Positions 7,229 to 15,688 of a DNA stretch of 44,412 nucleotides are shown here, one piece after another; within the stretch, counting starts at the first letter, position 1, and the number at the start of each line of letters is the position of its first letter. The notes under the pieces are model-generated. The model was not told the origin of the DNA. It searched no databases and worked only from the letters and a program-made list of their open reading frames with translations. Source of the DNA: a virus (lineage: Duplodnaviria; Caudoviricetes). Both the position numbers and the translations under genes were made by a program. The stretch is taken from the IMG/VR virus record IMGVR_UViG_3300022173_000053, positions 1 through 44,412 of that record. One strand, 5' to 3'.

Positions 7229-7422
7229 CACAGCCACCGCCAGATGGCGCCGAGCGTGCGCTGCACAGCAGTCTGCCGGCCAGCGGTGCGCGGCTCCAGC
7301 AGGGCGCGCTGCAGCGTCTCGCCGTCGCGCGTCATCCAGGCGGCAGGCCGGGGCACGTGCGCGATGCCGATGCGAACTTTGCCCGTGTTTACGCAGCGGG
7401 CGACGGGTGGGGTGTAGGTCAT
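7228..7422 (-). CDS. Hypothetical protein (64 aa)
   Basis: MTYTPPVARCVNTGKVRIG..., coupled to neighbours. Confidence 0.55.
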   Translation of the reverse strand: MTYTPPVARCVNTGKVRIGIAHVPRPAAWMTRDGETLQRALLEPRTAGRQTAVQRTLGAIWRWL

Positions 7423-7637
7423 GACTGGGTTCCGGCTGGCTGGTTGATGATGGCGCGCTCGCGGAACCGACGGGGGAAAAAGTCGCAGTAGGTGTCTGTC
7501 GGCTTGTGGCCGTAGAAGGCTTCGCAGTGGCGGAAGTTGGCGCAGTCGCCGCATGTCTTGCCGTCCGCAAGCTCCATGCAAGTTTTGTCGTTGCACGCCT
7601 TGTCGGCGCAGCATCCGTGTGTGTGGGCGCTCATCAC
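7419..7637 (-). CDS. Cys-rich small protein
   Basis: CC...C...CM.L..GKTCGDC..F.HC...CDF.P, a probable metal-binding protein. Confidence 0.6.
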   Translation of the reverse strand: MMSAHTHGCCADKACNDKTCMELADGKTCGDCANFRHCEAFYGHKPTDTYCDFFPRRFRERAIINQPAGTQS

Positions 7638-7825
7638 AGCGGCCCAATCACATCAGCAGCGTCGTCGAGCAGCTGCACGTCGGCGTCGCAGAAGTCTGCG
7701 TCGCGCATGCGGCACGCCATGGTGCACAGGATGCGCTGGATCGCCGACGGGCTGAGCTCAGCCATGGCGCGGATTGCGTTGCAGACCGGATCGGCTGCGA
7801 GGTCGGGGGGTGTGAGGGTGAGCAT
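7634..7825 (-). CDS. Hypothetical protein, first gene of the leftward early operon
   Basis: ATG 7825 after AAGGA RBS, downstream of PL. Confidence 0.55.
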   Translation of the reverse strand: MLTLTPPDLAADPVCNAIRAMAELSPSAIQRILCTMACRMRDADFCDADVQLLDDAADVIGPL

Positions 7826-7851
7826 ATGGTTCCTTGATGTGGCCCGCAGAC

Positions 7852-7895
7852 GTTGCGGTAATCGCATCATAACGCATAAATAGCAACGCTTGCAA
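7852..7895 (-). promoter_or_regulatory. PL-like promoter with overlapping operator
   Basis: Minus strand TTGCAA-18-TATGAT. Operator GTTGCGGTAATCGCATC at 7852-7868 overlaps the -10/+1 region. Confidence 0.65.
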
Positions 7896-7900
7896 CAGCC

Positions 7901-7926
7901 ATAAACGGGCAGCTTGCGCCGCCCGT
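7901..7926 (-). terminator. Intrinsic terminator of the repressor gene
   Basis: Minus strand ACGGGCGGC-GCAA-GCTGCCCGT-TTAT, just downstream of cI. Confidence 0.6.
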
Positions 7927-7945
7927 CGGAAACTCTTGGCGTCGG

Positions 7946-8527
7946 TCAGGTCTGGATCAGCACCACGGGCGTGGCCCATTCAAGATCCACGTCGGTGATC
8001 GCCGCCACCGGCCCCGACAGGTTCCAGCGCCCGGCCTGGTAGCCCCGGCGCACCTGCGCGATGGAGGTCATGCCTTTGCGGATCTTCACCAGCGACAGGC
8101 GCTCAAGGGCCTCGGTCTGCACGGCATCGCTCGGGTTTCCCACGAACAGCAACCAGCGGTCCATGTAGTCCAGCGGCGTGCCGGCCGTCCTGCACTGAAT
8201 AGCCTTGGTGGCGCTCACTGCGCCCGGCATGGGGACTTTCCCGAGCCCGGTGGCCCACGACACCTCGCCGTGGCCGTCCATGGTGCCGGCGATCTGCACC
8301 TGCGCGCCACCAGCGCCGAGGCGAACCCCGGCATTGGCCATCACTTCCTCGGCGGGCACACCCAGCAGGCGCGCAATCTCTGCGGCTTCGGTGAGCTTCA
8401 TCTGGCGTTGCCCCCGGAGCATGAGGGAAACAGCCGCGGAGTCCAGGCCCATGCGCCGCGCCAGTTCGCGCTGCGACATCTCCCGGTCGGACAATCTGGC
8501 TCGGAACCACTTGGTATTGATGGGCAT
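7946..8527 (-). CDS. cI: CI-like repressor (XRE HTH plus degenerate S24-like C-terminal domain)
   Basis: MSQRELARRMGLDSAAVSLMLRGQRQM HTH, divergent from a cro-like gene. Confidence 0.85.
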   Translation of the reverse strand: MPINTKWFRARLSDREMSQRELARRMGLDSAAVSLMLRGQRQMKLTEAAEIARLLGVPAEEVMANAGVRLGAGGAQVQIAGTMDGHGEVSWATGLGKVPMPGAVSATKAIQCRTAGTPLDYMDRWLLFVGNPSDAVQTEALERLSLVKIRKGMTSIAQVRRGYQAGRWNLSGPVAAITDVDLEWATPVVLIQT

Positions 8528-8550
8528 GATGCCGTTACATCTGGCATACA

Positions 8551-8604
8551 TTTGCGTCGATTGCAACACTGTTGGGTTTTTGCTATCATTGCGATAATCT
8601 CAAC
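8551..8604 (+). promoter_or_regulatory. PR-like promoter and OR-like operator array
   Basis: TTGCAA(8561)-17-TATCAT(8584). 17-bp sites at 8588-8604 (ATTGCGATAATCTCAAC), with weaker copies at 8551-8567 and 8571-8587. Confidence 0.7.
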
Positions 8605-8617
8605 ACGCAGGAGTTCT

Positions 8618-8860
8618 ATGAACGACAAGAAAAACGCGCCGGAAAAACGCTCGCCGGCTCAGAAAGTCATCGCTGTATTTGGCGGCGTTCGGGCAACCGC
8701 GCGCATCCTGGGGCGCAACGGTTCCACCGTCAGTCGTTGGCAGAAGCCCCGCGCCGAGGGTGGCACCGGGGGTCGAATTCCAACGTCGGCACAGGGGCCT
8801 CTGCTGGAGCATGCGCGGGCCAATGGACTGCCACTCACCGCCGACGACTTGATCGCCTGA
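8618..8860 (+). CDS. cro: Cro-like repressor
   Basis: VIAVFGGVRATARILG....TVSRW...GG.IP HTH. AGGAG RBS. Confidence 0.85.
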   Translation: MNDKKNAPEKRSPAQKVIAVFGGVRATARILGRNGSTVSRWQKPRAEGGTGGRIPTSAQGPLLEHARANGLPLTADDLIA

Positions 8861-8950
8861 CGATCAGGCCATGCCTGTGACGCAGGCACAACGGCCAAGC
8901 TGAGTCGTGGTGAATATTTATGCAACACGGCGCGTAAACACGCATTAAGT

Positions 8951-8967
8951 GGTGCGATAATCGCAAC
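8951..8967. promoter_or_regulatory. 17-bp operator-like site (near-perfect palindrome)
   Basis: GGTGCGATAATCGCAAC, immediately before the next RBS. Confidence 0.7.
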
Positions 8968-8980
8968 AAAGGAGATTGTT

Positions 8981-9091
8981 ATGGATGACGAAAAAGACGA
9001 CGGCCTTGGTTTTTTCCGCGGTCTGCTGGTTGGCGCGGCCATGAGCCTGGTGATGTGGCTGGGCGCTTTTCTGGCTGCGGGGTGGGTGTGA
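8981..9091 (+). CDS. Small membrane protein (36 aa)
   Basis: AAGGAG RBS. MDDEKDDGLGFFRGLLVGAAMSLVMWLGAFLAAGWV. Not in the ORF track. Confidence 0.6.
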   Translation: MDDEKDDGLGFFRGLLVGAAMSLVMWLGAFLAAGWV

Positions 9092-9273
9092 AATGCGCCG
9101 TCTGCGGCCGGCCGTTGGTGCGCGCCACGGTTGAAGTCGGCCAGATGAAACTCGGGCGCGTGTGCGCCGTACGCGTGGGGCTGCTGCAGCCGCGGGTGCC
9201 CAGGGCGGGCGAGCGGCAGGTGGTGGTGCGGGATACCAAAACGGCGGATTTGTTCGCGGGGCTGGCGCCATGA
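9088..9273 (+). CDS. Small zinc-finger protein
   Basis: GTG start. KCAVCGRPL...LGRVCA motif. Confidence 0.65.
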   Translation: MKCAVCGRPLVRATVEVGQMKLGRVCAVRVGLLQPRVPRAGERQVVVRDTKTADLFAGLAP

Positions 9274-9914
9274 TCGGCCAGGTATTTGGCCGACTGACCG
9301 TCGTTCGGTTCAGTCACTCCAACAATGGGCGGTACTGGCTCTGCGCATGTTCGTGCGGCGGCGAGAATGTTGTTCGAACTTCCATACTCAGGAGTGGCGC
9401 CGTCGCCAGCTGTGGGTGCGGCTCACGTGATGCCTCCCACAAAAACATTGCCGCCAGCGCCGTCACTCGCACGCTGCCGTTCCCGCATCCACGCAAGTTG
9501 AAAGACCTCTACCGCAACATGATCGACCGGTGCACGAACCCGGCGAACAAGCGGTTCGCCAACTACGGCGGCCGAGGGATTGAGGTTTGCGACGCCTGGC
9601 TGCAGGACCGACACGGCTTTTACAAGTGGGCGACAGAGAACGGCTACGAGCCAGGGCTCACCATTGACCGCGAGGACGTGCACGGGAACTACGAGCCCGG
9701 CAACTGCCGGTTTGTGGACGCCGTGACGCAACAGAACAACACCACCCGAAACCACTTTGTTGAGTGGCAGGGTGAGCGGCTGACGATCGCGCAGTGGGAG
9801 GCCCGTTTGGGGTGGCCCCGTGGCCGGCTGCAGGCGCGTTTTAACCTTGGCTGGACTGTTGAGCGTGCGATGACGCAGGCGCCGCGGCGCGCGCCAGTGA
9901 AGGCGGCCGCATGA
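9270..9914 (+). CDS. HNH-type homing endonuclease
   Basis: G..FGRLTV...W.C.C.CG...SCGC, M..RC.N...YGGRGI.VC..W, TIDR.D..GNYEP.NCR motifs. Confidence 0.85.
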   Translation: MIGQVFGRLTVVRFSHSNNGRYWLCACSCGGENVVRTSILRSGAVASCGCGSRDASHKNIAASAVTRTLPFPHPRKLKDLYRNMIDRCTNPANKRFANYGGRGIEVCDAWLQDRHGFYKWATENGYEPGLTIDREDVHGNYEPGNCRFVDAVTQQNNTTRNHFVEWQGERLTIAQWEARLGWPRGRLQARFNLGWTVERAMTQAPRRAPVKAAA

Positions 9915-11317
9915 TCGAGCTTCGCCCCCGTCAGGTTAAGGCGATCCATGACATCCGAGCAGCCTACCAGGCCGGGTACATTGCGCCCCTTCTCCGAGCC
10001 GCCACCGGTTTTGGGAAAACTGCAACAGCCATCAACATGATTGCGGCCGCTGTCGCAAAGGGCCGGCGTGTGTGGTTTTTGGCCCACCTGAAGGAAATCA
10101 ACCACGACACCGCGCGGCGCCTGGCTGCGGAAAATCTGCCGTTTGGCTACATCATGGCCGGCCAGTTGTCCGATCGACGCAAGCCCATTCAGGTTGCGAT
10201 GGTGCAGACTGCTGTGCGCCGGCTCGATAGGCTGGAGCCGCCCGACCTGATCTTGGTCGACGAGGCGCACCTGGCGGTGGCCCCGACGTACCAAGAGATT
10301 TTCCGATGGGCGAAGGCTGGGCCGAAGTTCTACGAGCCTGGCGGTGCGAAGCTGCTTTCGCTGACAGCCACCGCGGTTCGTCTCGATGGACGTGGCCTCA
10401 ACGAAATTGCAGATGTCATCGTCGAAACCTGCTCGACGCAAGACCTGATCGACGAGGGGCTGCTCGCGCCGATCCGCTACTACGCCCCGAAGTCCGAGGA
10501 TCTGGCCGGCATCAAGACCCGCGGCGGCGACTTCGCGCAGGACGAGCTCGCGCGCATCATGGACAAACCCAAGATCACCGGGTCGGCGGTGGCCGAATAC
10601 CGCAAGGTCGCGCACGGCCGGCCTGCGGTGGCGTTCTGCGTCTCCATTGAGCACGCCCAGCACGTGGCCGAGGAATTCCGGGCGGCCGGGTATCGCGCCG
10701 TGGCCATCTCTGGCGAGTCCGACCCGACCGAGCGCGACGCTGCGCTCTCAGGCCTGCAGGATGGCCGACTCGACGTGGTGTGCAACTGCGCGCTGTGGGT
10801 GGCCGGTGTCGACGCGCCGGCTGTGGCCTGCATCATCATGCTGGCGCCCACGCAGTCGCTCACGAAATACCTGCAGTCGATCGGCCGTGGCCTGCGCACG
10901 CACCCGGGCAAGGATTGCTGTGTCGTGCTCGATCACGCCGGGAACCTGGGCCGCCATGGGCCGCCTGCCGCGGTGCGCGAGTGGAGCCTGGAGGCGACCG
11001 AGAAAAAGAAGGGCGCGAAGAAATCCGAGGTGCCGGTGAAAACGTGCCCGTCGTGTTTTGCCGTGGTGCACTCGGCGGCGACCGACTGCGGTTGCGGCCA
11101 CCATTTCGTGACCGAGGGCCGCAAGCTGGAGGAAGTCGAGGGCGAGCTCCAGGCGGTGGATCTGACGGCCGCACGCGTGGAGCAGCGGCGCGAGCAGGGC
11201 AGGGCGCAGACCGAGGCGGATCTCGTGGCGCTGGGCCGGGCTCGGGGGATGAAGCGTCCAGAGTTGTGGGCCCGCCATGTGATCCGTGCGCGGCATGCGA
11301 AGGAGGCTCGCGTATGA
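9911..11317 (+). CDS. SF2 DEAD/DEAH-box helicase with C-terminal zinc ribbon
   Basis: ATGFGKT Walker A, DEAH, LTAT, QSIGRGLR, CPSC...CGCG. Confidence 0.93.
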   Translation: MIELRPRQVKAIHDIRAAYQAGYIAPLLRAATGFGKTATAINMIAAAVAKGRRVWFLAHLKEINHDTARRLAAENLPFGYIMAGQLSDRRKPIQVAMVQTAVRRLDRLEPPDLILVDEAHLAVAPTYQEIFRWAKAGPKFYEPGGAKLLSLTATAVRLDGRGLNEIADVIVETCSTQDLIDEGLLAPIRYYAPKSEDLAGIKTRGGDFAQDELARIMDKPKITGSAVAEYRKVAHGRPAVAFCVSIEHAQHVAEEFRAAGYRAVAISGESDPTERDAALSGLQDGRLDVVCNCALWVAGVDAPAVACIIMLAPTQSLTKYLQSIGRGLRTHPGKDCCVVLDHAGNLGRHGPPAAVREWSLEATEKKKGAKKSEVPVKTCPSCFAVVHSAATDCGCGHHFVTEGRKLEEVEGELQAVDLTAARVEQRREQGRAQTEADLVALGRARGMKRPELWARHVIRARHAKEARV

Positions 11318-11790
11318 GCCTGTCATCGCACCAGAAAAACGGCGGCCACGACGAGTGGCTGACCCCGCCCGAGATCGTCGGCGCGCTTGGCGAGTTTGAT
11401 CTGGACCCGTGCTCGCCGATCGTTCGGCCATGGGACACTGCGCGCAAGCACTACAACGTCAACGACGACGGATTGTCGCAAGAATGGGCCGGTCGCGTTT
11501 GGCTCAACCCGCCATTCGGGCGCGAGGCCGCCAAGTGGATGCGCCGCATGAAGGCCCACCGCCAAGGCATAGCCCTGCTGCCGGCGCGCACAGAAACCGC
11601 GATGTTCTATGAGTCGGTCTGGGATCACGCCTACGCGATCTGCTTTCTCAAGGGCCGTCCGCACTTTCACTACGTGGACGGTCGGCGCGCAAAGTCGAAC
11701 AGCGGCGCACCTATTTGCCTGATCGCCTACAGCCAGTTCGACACCATGGTGCTGCAGGACTCCGGGCTCGGAAAGGTTGTGGCGCTATGA
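11314..11790 (+). CDS. Phage DNA N6-adenine methyltransferase (phage Dam family)
   Basis: DEWLTP, FDLDPC, VWLNPPF, LLPARTET, FLKGR.HF. Confidence 0.9.
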   Translation: MSLSSHQKNGGHDEWLTPPEIVGALGEFDLDPCSPIVRPWDTARKHYNVNDDGLSQEWAGRVWLNPPFGREAAKWMRRMKAHRQGIALLPARTETAMFYESVWDHAYAICFLKGRPHFHYVDGRRAKSNSGAPICLIAYSQFDTMVLQDSGLGKVVAL

Positions 11791-12071
11791 GCGACTGCCT
11801 CGGCTGCGTCCGCTGCGAAACCGACGAGATGGTGACGCTGATCTCTGGAAACAAAGTGTGCAGTTATTGCCCCGCGTGGCGCATGGAGTGCGAGGCCCGC
11901 ACCGTGCTGGCGATGCCTGGGCAGGCGAAGCGCCGCGCGTATCTGTTCGGTCTGACCGAGGGCGGGAAAATCGTCGAGCGTGGCGTGGCGCAGGTGCGCG
12001 GGCAGGCTGCGGCGGATGAGCTCGCCGACATGGTGAAACGGGTGTGGGAACACCAGAAAGGCGGGCAATGA
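11787..12071 (+). CDS. Cys-rich hypothetical protein
   Basis: CLGCVRC...CSYCPAWRMECEAR, with ATGA coupling. Confidence 0.65.
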   Translation: MSDCLGCVRCETDEMVTLISGNKVCSYCPAWRMECEARTVLAMPGQAKRRAYLFGLTEGGKIVERGVAQVRGQAAADELADMVKRVWEHQKGGQ

Positions 12072-12445
12072 CCGAAGGCGGCGAGATGCGGCGCGGCATG
12101 GTGGAACTGTCCAAAGACGGCCACACCATTTTTCGCGCCAACGTGGGCACGGGCTGGGCCAGCAGCGCGCCACCGATCAAGGCCACGCGCCCCATGCAGG
12201 TCATGCTGATGCCTGGCGACGTGCTGCTGCGCGCGGCGCGGCCGTTCTCCAGCGGTCTGCCGCCCGGGTTCGGAGACACGTTCGGGTTTACCTACGATGT
12301 GCGCCCGTTCTTCATCGAATGGAAATCGGCGTCCGGCCGGCTGCGTCCCGAGCAAAAAGCATTCATTGCAGCCATGCAGGCGCGCGGTGCGCTGGCTGGG
12401 GTGGCTCGGTCTGTCGATGAGGCGAAAAATATTCTGGCCGGCTGA
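12068..12445 (+). CDS. VRR-NUC domain nuclease
   Basis: FR.NVG...GLP.G..D..G...FIE.K...GRL.PEQ..F.......G..AGVARS. Confidence 0.88.
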   Translation: MTEGGEMRRGMVELSKDGHTIFRANVGTGWASSAPPIKATRPMQVMLMPGDVLLRAARPFSSGLPPGFGDTFGFTYDVRPFFIEWKSASGRLRPEQKAFIAAMQARGALAGVARSVDEAKNILAG

Positions 12446-12460
12446 TGCGATAACCGCACC
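12444..12460. promoter_or_regulatory. 17-bp operator-like site upstream of the primase
   Basis: GATGCGATAACCGCACC, followed 8 nt later by TACACT. Confidence 0.6.
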
Positions 12461-12484
12461 ACATCGGATACACTGCATACGGCT

Positions 12485-12566
12485 CGGGATAGCTCGACGG
12501 AGTGACAAGCCGGATTCATCACCCGGTTTCCCGGTGTCCTTATTTCGTGATGCTGCTCTTGATGAA
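12485..12566 (+). ncRNA. Candidate structured leader RNA (three-way junction plus pseudoknot) of the primase mRNA
   Basis: Stems CGGGA/TCCCG, CTC/GAG and GCCGG/CCGGT. The loop TTCATCAC is complementary to TGATGAA at 12560-12566. Confidence 0.4.
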
Positions 12567-12573
12567 AGCGCCT

Positions 12574-15162
12574 ATGACACCCACCGACTCCTTCCGCGAA
12601 GCCATCGCAGCGGCAGGGCTCACCCCTCCTGATGACATCATCGGCGACGGGAAAATCCACAGATTCTCCAGCAGCGGCAAGCCCCGCGACAACGCCGGGC
12701 GCTACATCTTCCACGACGACGATCGGCCCGCTGGCTGGTTCAAGTGCATGCGCGAGGGCATTGAGGCCACGTGGACCTCCAAGCAAGAGCGCGAGTTCAC
12801 GGCCGAGGAAAAAGCCGAGTGGCGCCGGCGCATGGATGCCGCGCGCGCACAGCGTGACGCCGAGGCCGCGGTGCTGCGTGACGAGGCCGCCAAGAAGGCC
12901 GCCAGCATGTGGGCAGCGGCGAGCGACGCCACCGAGCGCGGTCACCCCTACACAGCCCGCAAGCAGGTGTCGGGAATCGGCGCCCGCGTCATGCGCGACA
13001 TGCTGCTCATCCCACTGCGGCACGGCCCTGGCGCGCTGGTGGGCCTGCAGATCATCCAGCCCGACGGCGGTAAAAAATTCCTCACCGGCACACCGAAAGC
13101 CGGCGCGTACACCGTGCTCGGCAAGCCTGCGCGCACCGGCCCCGTGATCATCTGCGAGGGCTGGGCGACCGGCGCGTCGATCCACATGGCCACCGGCTGG
13201 TGCGTGGTCGTGGCGTTCGATGCCGGCAACCTGGAGGCGGTGGCGAAAAAGATCCGCGCGGCGCTGCCCGAGGCGGCCATCACCATTGCGGCCGACGACG
13301 ACGCGTGGACCGAGGGCAACCCTGGTGTGTCGGCTGCCAACCAGGCGGCGCGCGCCATTGGTGGCACCGTTGCCGAGCCACGCTGGGCTGGCGATCGCGT
13401 CGAGAAACACACCGACTTCAACGACCTGCACGCCGACGAGGGCCTGGACGCTGTGCGGGCTTGCTTCGACGATCCGCGCGAGCCGGATCCAGAGCCGGGC
13501 CGCGACGAACCGAATAACGGGGTGCTTCACAAAGGCGGGGTTCTGGCCGCCAGCAGCAATCCGGGGCCGGCAGCCTCGGGCCCCGACCCAACCGGGACTG
13601 GTGCACCCCAACGCACCCCGGCGCCCCCGTCGCCGGAACGGGTCAAGCCGGCCAGTGACCCAGTGCCCGAGCGTGGCGCGAACAACGCCGGCAGCGACGC
13701 AGGGGGTACTCCTTTCCCCTCGGGCGTCGCCGTCCACGATGAGCCTCACCCCCCGGTAATTCTGCCGGGGGGCGGCTCGGACGTTCAGATCCTGCCGGCC
13801 ATCAGCGACCAACTGGCCCCTGAATGCTCGGACGACGACATCGCCGCGCAGCACCTGCAGCGCATGCAGGGCAATACCCTGTGGTGCGAGATGTGGGGCC
13901 GCTGGATGGTCTGGAATGGCGACCGCTGGCTGCGCGACGAGACGAACATGGTGCTCGACGTGGTACGCCAGTCCTGCCGCCTGGTGGCGAACAACGTGCT
14001 GGGCAATCCCGAGCTCGACCCAGGCAAGCGCCAGCGCCAGGCCGACAAGATCGCCAGCTACCGCACCATTTCCAACGTGGAGCGCCTGGCCCGCACCTAC
14101 CGCGCCGTGGCCACGCACCCGGATGAGTGGGACCGCGACCTGTGGGCCCTGAACACACCCGGCGGGGTGGTGAACCTGCGCACCGGTGCCAGCCGCCCAC
14201 ACGCGCCAGAGGACCGGTTCACGAAGATGACCGCGGTTGCCCCGGGCGGCGCATGCCCCACGTGGCTCCAGTTCCTGCAGCGCGCAACCGGCGGCGACGA
14301 CAAACTGATCGCGTTTCTGAAGCGCATGTGCGGCTACGCGCTGACTGGCGAGGTGCGCGAGCACGCGCTGTTTTTCGTGTACGGCACCGGCGGCAACGGC
14401 AAAGGCACATTCCTGAACACCATCACCCACATCATGGGCGACTACCAGCGCGTGAGCGGCGCGGAGACGTTCACCGAGTCCCCGGGCGACCGGCACACCA
14501 CCGAGCTCGCACGGCTGCAGGGCGCTCGCCTGGTGACCGCGCAGGAGACTGAGGAAGGCAAACGCTGGGCCGAGTCACGCATCAAGGCGCTCACCGGTGG
14601 CGACCCGATCACGGCGCGGTTCATGCGCCAGGACGATTTCACGTTCCTGCCACAGTTCAAACTGGTGATCGTGGGCAACCACAAACCGGCGTTCCGCTCG
14701 GTCGACGATGCCATCAAGCGGCGCCTGCACCTGATCCCGTTCACCACTGTGATCCCAGCCGCCGAGAAAGATCCGCTGCTCGCTGACAAGCTGAGAGCCG
14801 AGGCCGCGGGCATTCTGGCGTGGATGATTGAGGGCTGCCTGGAGTGGGAGCGCGACGGCCTGATGCCACCCCAGATTGTGAAGGAAAGCACCGCTGAATA
14901 TCTCGGGGCAGAGGATTCATTGCAGCAATGGATTGATGAATGCTGTGACATCGGGCCGGGATTTGAATCGTCGAAAGCCCTTTTTTATTCGTGGACGAAG
15001 TGGTGCGAATTGTCCGGCGAATACGTTGGAACGATGAAGCGGCTGATGGCGAAGCTGGAGAGCAGGGGCATTTTGACCGGCCAGAAGATGCGCCACGTGC
15101 GCGGATGCCAAGGCATCAAGATCAAGCGCGACGATGAAGAATATGAAAACAACCCGTATTGA
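12574..15162 (+). CDS. Primase-helicase (Toprim primase plus D5/P4-type SF3 helicase)
   Basis: ICEGWATG...AFDAGNL...IAADDD Toprim. YGTGGNGKGTF Walker A, IKALTGGDPITARF, GNHKP. Start 12574 (alternative 12562). Confidence 0.92.
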   Translation: MTPTDSFREAIAAAGLTPPDDIIGDGKIHRFSSSGKPRDNAGRYIFHDDDRPAGWFKCMREGIEATWTSKQEREFTAEEKAEWRRRMDAARAQRDAEAAVLRDEAAKKAASMWAAASDATERGHPYTARKQVSGIGARVMRDMLLIPLRHGPGALVGLQIIQPDGGKKFLTGTPKAGAYTVLGKPARTGPVIICEGWATGASIHMATGWCVVVAFDAGNLEAVAKKIRAALPEAAITIAADDDAWTEGNPGVSAANQAARAIGGTVAEPRWAGDRVEKHTDFNDLHADEGLDAVRACFDDPREPDPEPGRDEPNNGVLHKGGVLAASSNPGPAASGPDPTGTGAPQRTPAPPSPERVKPASDPVPERGANNAGSDAGGTPFPSGVAVHDEPHPPVILPGGGSDVQILPAISDQLAPECSDDDIAAQHLQRMQGNTLWCEMWGRWMVWNGDRWLRDETNMVLDVVRQSCRLVANNVLGNPELDPGKRQRQADKIASYRTISNVERLARTYRAVATHPDEWDRDLWALNTPGGVVNLRTGASRPHAPEDRFTKMTAVAPGGACPTWLQFLQRATGGDDKLIAFLKRMCGYALTGEVREHALFFVYGTGGNGKGTFLNTITHIMGDYQRVSGAETFTESPGDRHTTELARLQGARLVTAQETEEGKRWAESRIKALTGGDPITARFMRQDDFTFLPQFKLVIVGNHKPAFRSVDDAIKRRLHLIPFTTVIPAAEKDPLLADKLRAEAAGILAWMIEGCLEWERDGLMPPQIVKESTAEYLGAEDSLQQWIDECCDIGPGFESSKALFYSWTKWCELSGEYVGTMKRLMAKLESRGILTGQKMRHVRGCQGIKIKRDDEEYENNPY

Positions 15163-15311
15163 TCCGTCCCATCCGTCCCATCCGTCCCCAAAAACACAAT
15201 CGGGGACGCTTCGGGACGCTTGGGACGGATTCTACGGTAACTCTATACACGTACGCGGGTGCGTGAAGAAACTATCCCTAGAACCCGTCCCATCCGTCCC
15301 AATCCGTCCCC
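15162..15311. repeat. Iteron array, probable replication origin
   Basis: Nine CGTCCC units: three tandem ATCCGTCCC (15162-15188), three inverted GGGACG (15203-15227) and three direct (15285-15310), right after the primase. Confidence 0.75.
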
Positions 15312-15339
15312 GGGTTGTTTGTAGCTAAAAAGTAATATC

Positions 15340-15585
15340 ATGATGATCTACGTAGGTTTTCGTCGCTGGTTGCGCAATTACTCTGGTGACAATCTCGCAA
15401 TTAAGGAATTTCAGACGGCTGTGTTTTCTAATCCACCGACAGCGGGGTGGGGTTATTTTGAATTGGTCACGCACATGCATATGACGAAACATTTGAATTG
15501 GAATTGGCGGGCAATTAACACAGCGCGCAAAGCGTACGAACGCGACCTCGCCCGCCACGTTGCGAAAACCACACAACCGTTGTAA
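15340..15585 (+). CDS. Low-GC hypothetical protein (possibly YozE/SAM-like)
   Basis: 81-aa ORF, visibly AT-rich. F..WL....D...I..F...A...A...Y pattern. Confidence 0.45.
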   Translation: MMIYVGFRRWLRNYSGDNLAIKEFQTAVFSNPPTAGWGYFELVTHMHMTKHLNWNWRAINTARKAYERDLARHVAKTTQPL

Positions 15586-15595
15586 ACTGCCCACC

Positions 15596-15688
15596 ATGGA
15601 AAACCTCACCGACATCGCATGGTTCGCCGCCGAGCTCGCAACGCTGACGGCGGCGTATCTGCTGCTGCTGAAGATCGCGGGGCGTTGA
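15596..15688 (+). CDS. Small hydrophobic peptide (30 aa)
   Basis: MENLTDIAWFAAELATLTAAYLLLLKIAGR. Its stop abuts the terS ATG. Confidence 0.45.
   Translation: MENLTDIAWFAAELATLTAAYLLLLKIAGR

Noticed and set aside
1264-7825. Cryptic or truncated integrase in the left arm
   Set aside because: No ORF shows the R...H..R...Y tyrosine-recombinase or serine-recombinase catalytic motifs, and the ORFs tile the arm with no room for one.
11314-12445. Restriction-modification system (methylase plus nuclease)
   Set aside because: An orphan phage Dam-family methylase and a VRR-NUC nuclease are routine members of phage replication modules. There is no sign they form a cognate pair.
12292-14496. Long antisense ORFs (734 aa here; also 4166-5725, 27021-28493, 33525-34826, 39314-41020)
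   Set aside because: Shadow frames of well-supported genes in high-GC DNA, with no motifs or RBS.
15162-15311. CRISPR array
   Set aside because: Units are only 6-9 bp, in both orientations, with no unique spacers and no cas genes. Better explained as iterons.
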